A DNA stretch of 63,535 nucleotides, the filler included, from Octopus bimaculoides (Eukaryota), in assembly GCF_001194135.2 (NCBI RefSeq). It is 6 parts of 6 records of this genome, joined end to end, with 100 filler letters (N's around TTAATTAATTAA, not from the genome) between each part and the next. Parts side by side here need not be neighbours in the genome. Positions count along the whole stretch, not along the records: positions 61,735 to 63,535 come from NW_026389730.1; 5 more parts are not named here. The stretch is one strand, 5' to 3'. The notes below the pieces were generated by a model. It saw only the letters and a list, made by a program, of their open reading frames with translations. It was not told the origin of the DNA and made no database searches. A program made the translations under genes and the position numbers. This document shows positions 62,628 through 63,535 of this stretch, in pieces (the first letter of the stretch is position 1; each line of letters begins with the position of its first letter).

Positions 62628-63420
62628 CACAATCATCATCACGTTTAACATCTGCTTTCCATGCTGGCATAGGTTGGACAATTTGACTGAGAACTGGTAA
62701 GCTGGAAAGCTGCACTAGGCTCCAATATGATCTGGCAAGGTTTCTACAACTGAATGCCCTTCCTAACGCTACTAGCATGAGTGCCAGCCAGGGAGCACTG
62801 ACATCGGCACTGGCATTGGCCATACCATCGGTTTCACTCATTTCAACAAGTCTTCGCAAGCATGGCACATCACCTAACAGCTGGAGGTCTTCTCAAATAC
62901 AGCATATCTCCAAAAGTTTTGATTGCTTGTCGTTGCCTCTGTGAAGCCCAATGTTCGAAGGTCGTGCTTTACCACGTCATCCCATGTCTTCCTGGGTCTA
63001 CCTCTAGCACAGGTTCCTTCCACTGTTAGAGTGTGACACTTTTTCATACAGCTGTCCTTTACCATACGCAACACATGACCATACCAGTGCAGTCGTCTCT
63101 CTTGCACACCAAATCTGATGCTTCTTATATCCAACTTTTCTCTCAGGATGCTTACACTCTGCCATGCATGCACACTGACATTACACATCCAGCAGAACAT
63201 ACTAGCTTCATTTCTTTCAAGCCTACGCATGTCCTCAGCCATCGCAGCCCATGTTTCACTGCTGTGTAGCATGGCTGTTCGCACACAGACATCATACACT
63301 TTACCTTTCACACTGAGCGAGAGGCCCTTTGTTACCAGCAGAGGTAGGAGCTCTCTGAACTTTGCTCAGGCTATTCTTATTCTAGCAGCTATGTTCTCAG
63401 AACATCCACCCCACTACTGA
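62622..63420 (-). mobile_element. RTE-clade LINE 3' end (post-RT domain, 3' UTR and (GAT)n tail)
   Basis: ORF 63311-62874 KGKVYDVCVRTAMLHSSETW...ERNEASM...RRLHWYGHVLRM...GRPRKTWDDVV is the typical RTE C-terminus; the tail lies at about 62622-62640. Confidence 0.92.
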
Positions 63421-63535
63421 CTTGGTCACCTAGATAATGGAAGCTATGAACTACTTCTCGTTTTTCCCTCTTTATATCTTCAGTATTTATTGCACCTGTG
63501 CATCTGCCACACACAAAAACTATCTTCCCAGTTAA

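Overview
This is eukaryotic, very AT-rich, microsatellite-dense and gap-riddled DNA. The repeat content (tRNA-headed SINEs with internal microsatellites, RTE LINEs, mariner/maT remnants) points to a coleoid cephalopod, most likely Octopus; that is an inference, not a database result. No intact long protein-coding gene is visible, and almost all long entries in the ORF track are artefacts of (TA)n/(CA)n repeats or N-gaps. The window holds about 30 SINE copies or fragments, here given working labels A-D. It also holds decayed Tc1/mariner elements (DD34D mariner pieces, one DD37D maT copy, a foldback mariner family and MITEs), three RTE-clade LINE 3' ends, two R4/NeSL-like restriction-like-endonuclease fragments, and several Penelope-like element (PLE) remnants. 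The main signal not explained by the ORF track is a set of minimal type I hammerhead ribozyme motifs from at least six unrelated sequence families (about 9.8, 12.4 x2, 23.2, 27.4, 29.95 and 51.15 kb). Each has a short palindromic stem III, and three sit inside PLE-style inverted repeats. The most unusual is at 50.8-51.25 kb: a tandem duplication in which one copy carries a 106-nt hammerhead-containing segment ending in a strong 3' splice site and the other copy lacks it precisely, as if spliced. There are also a few weak candidate exons, several foldback structures that could be ADAR substrates, and a CpG-depleted block bounded by artificial scaffold linkers. None of these has been tested computationally or experimentally.
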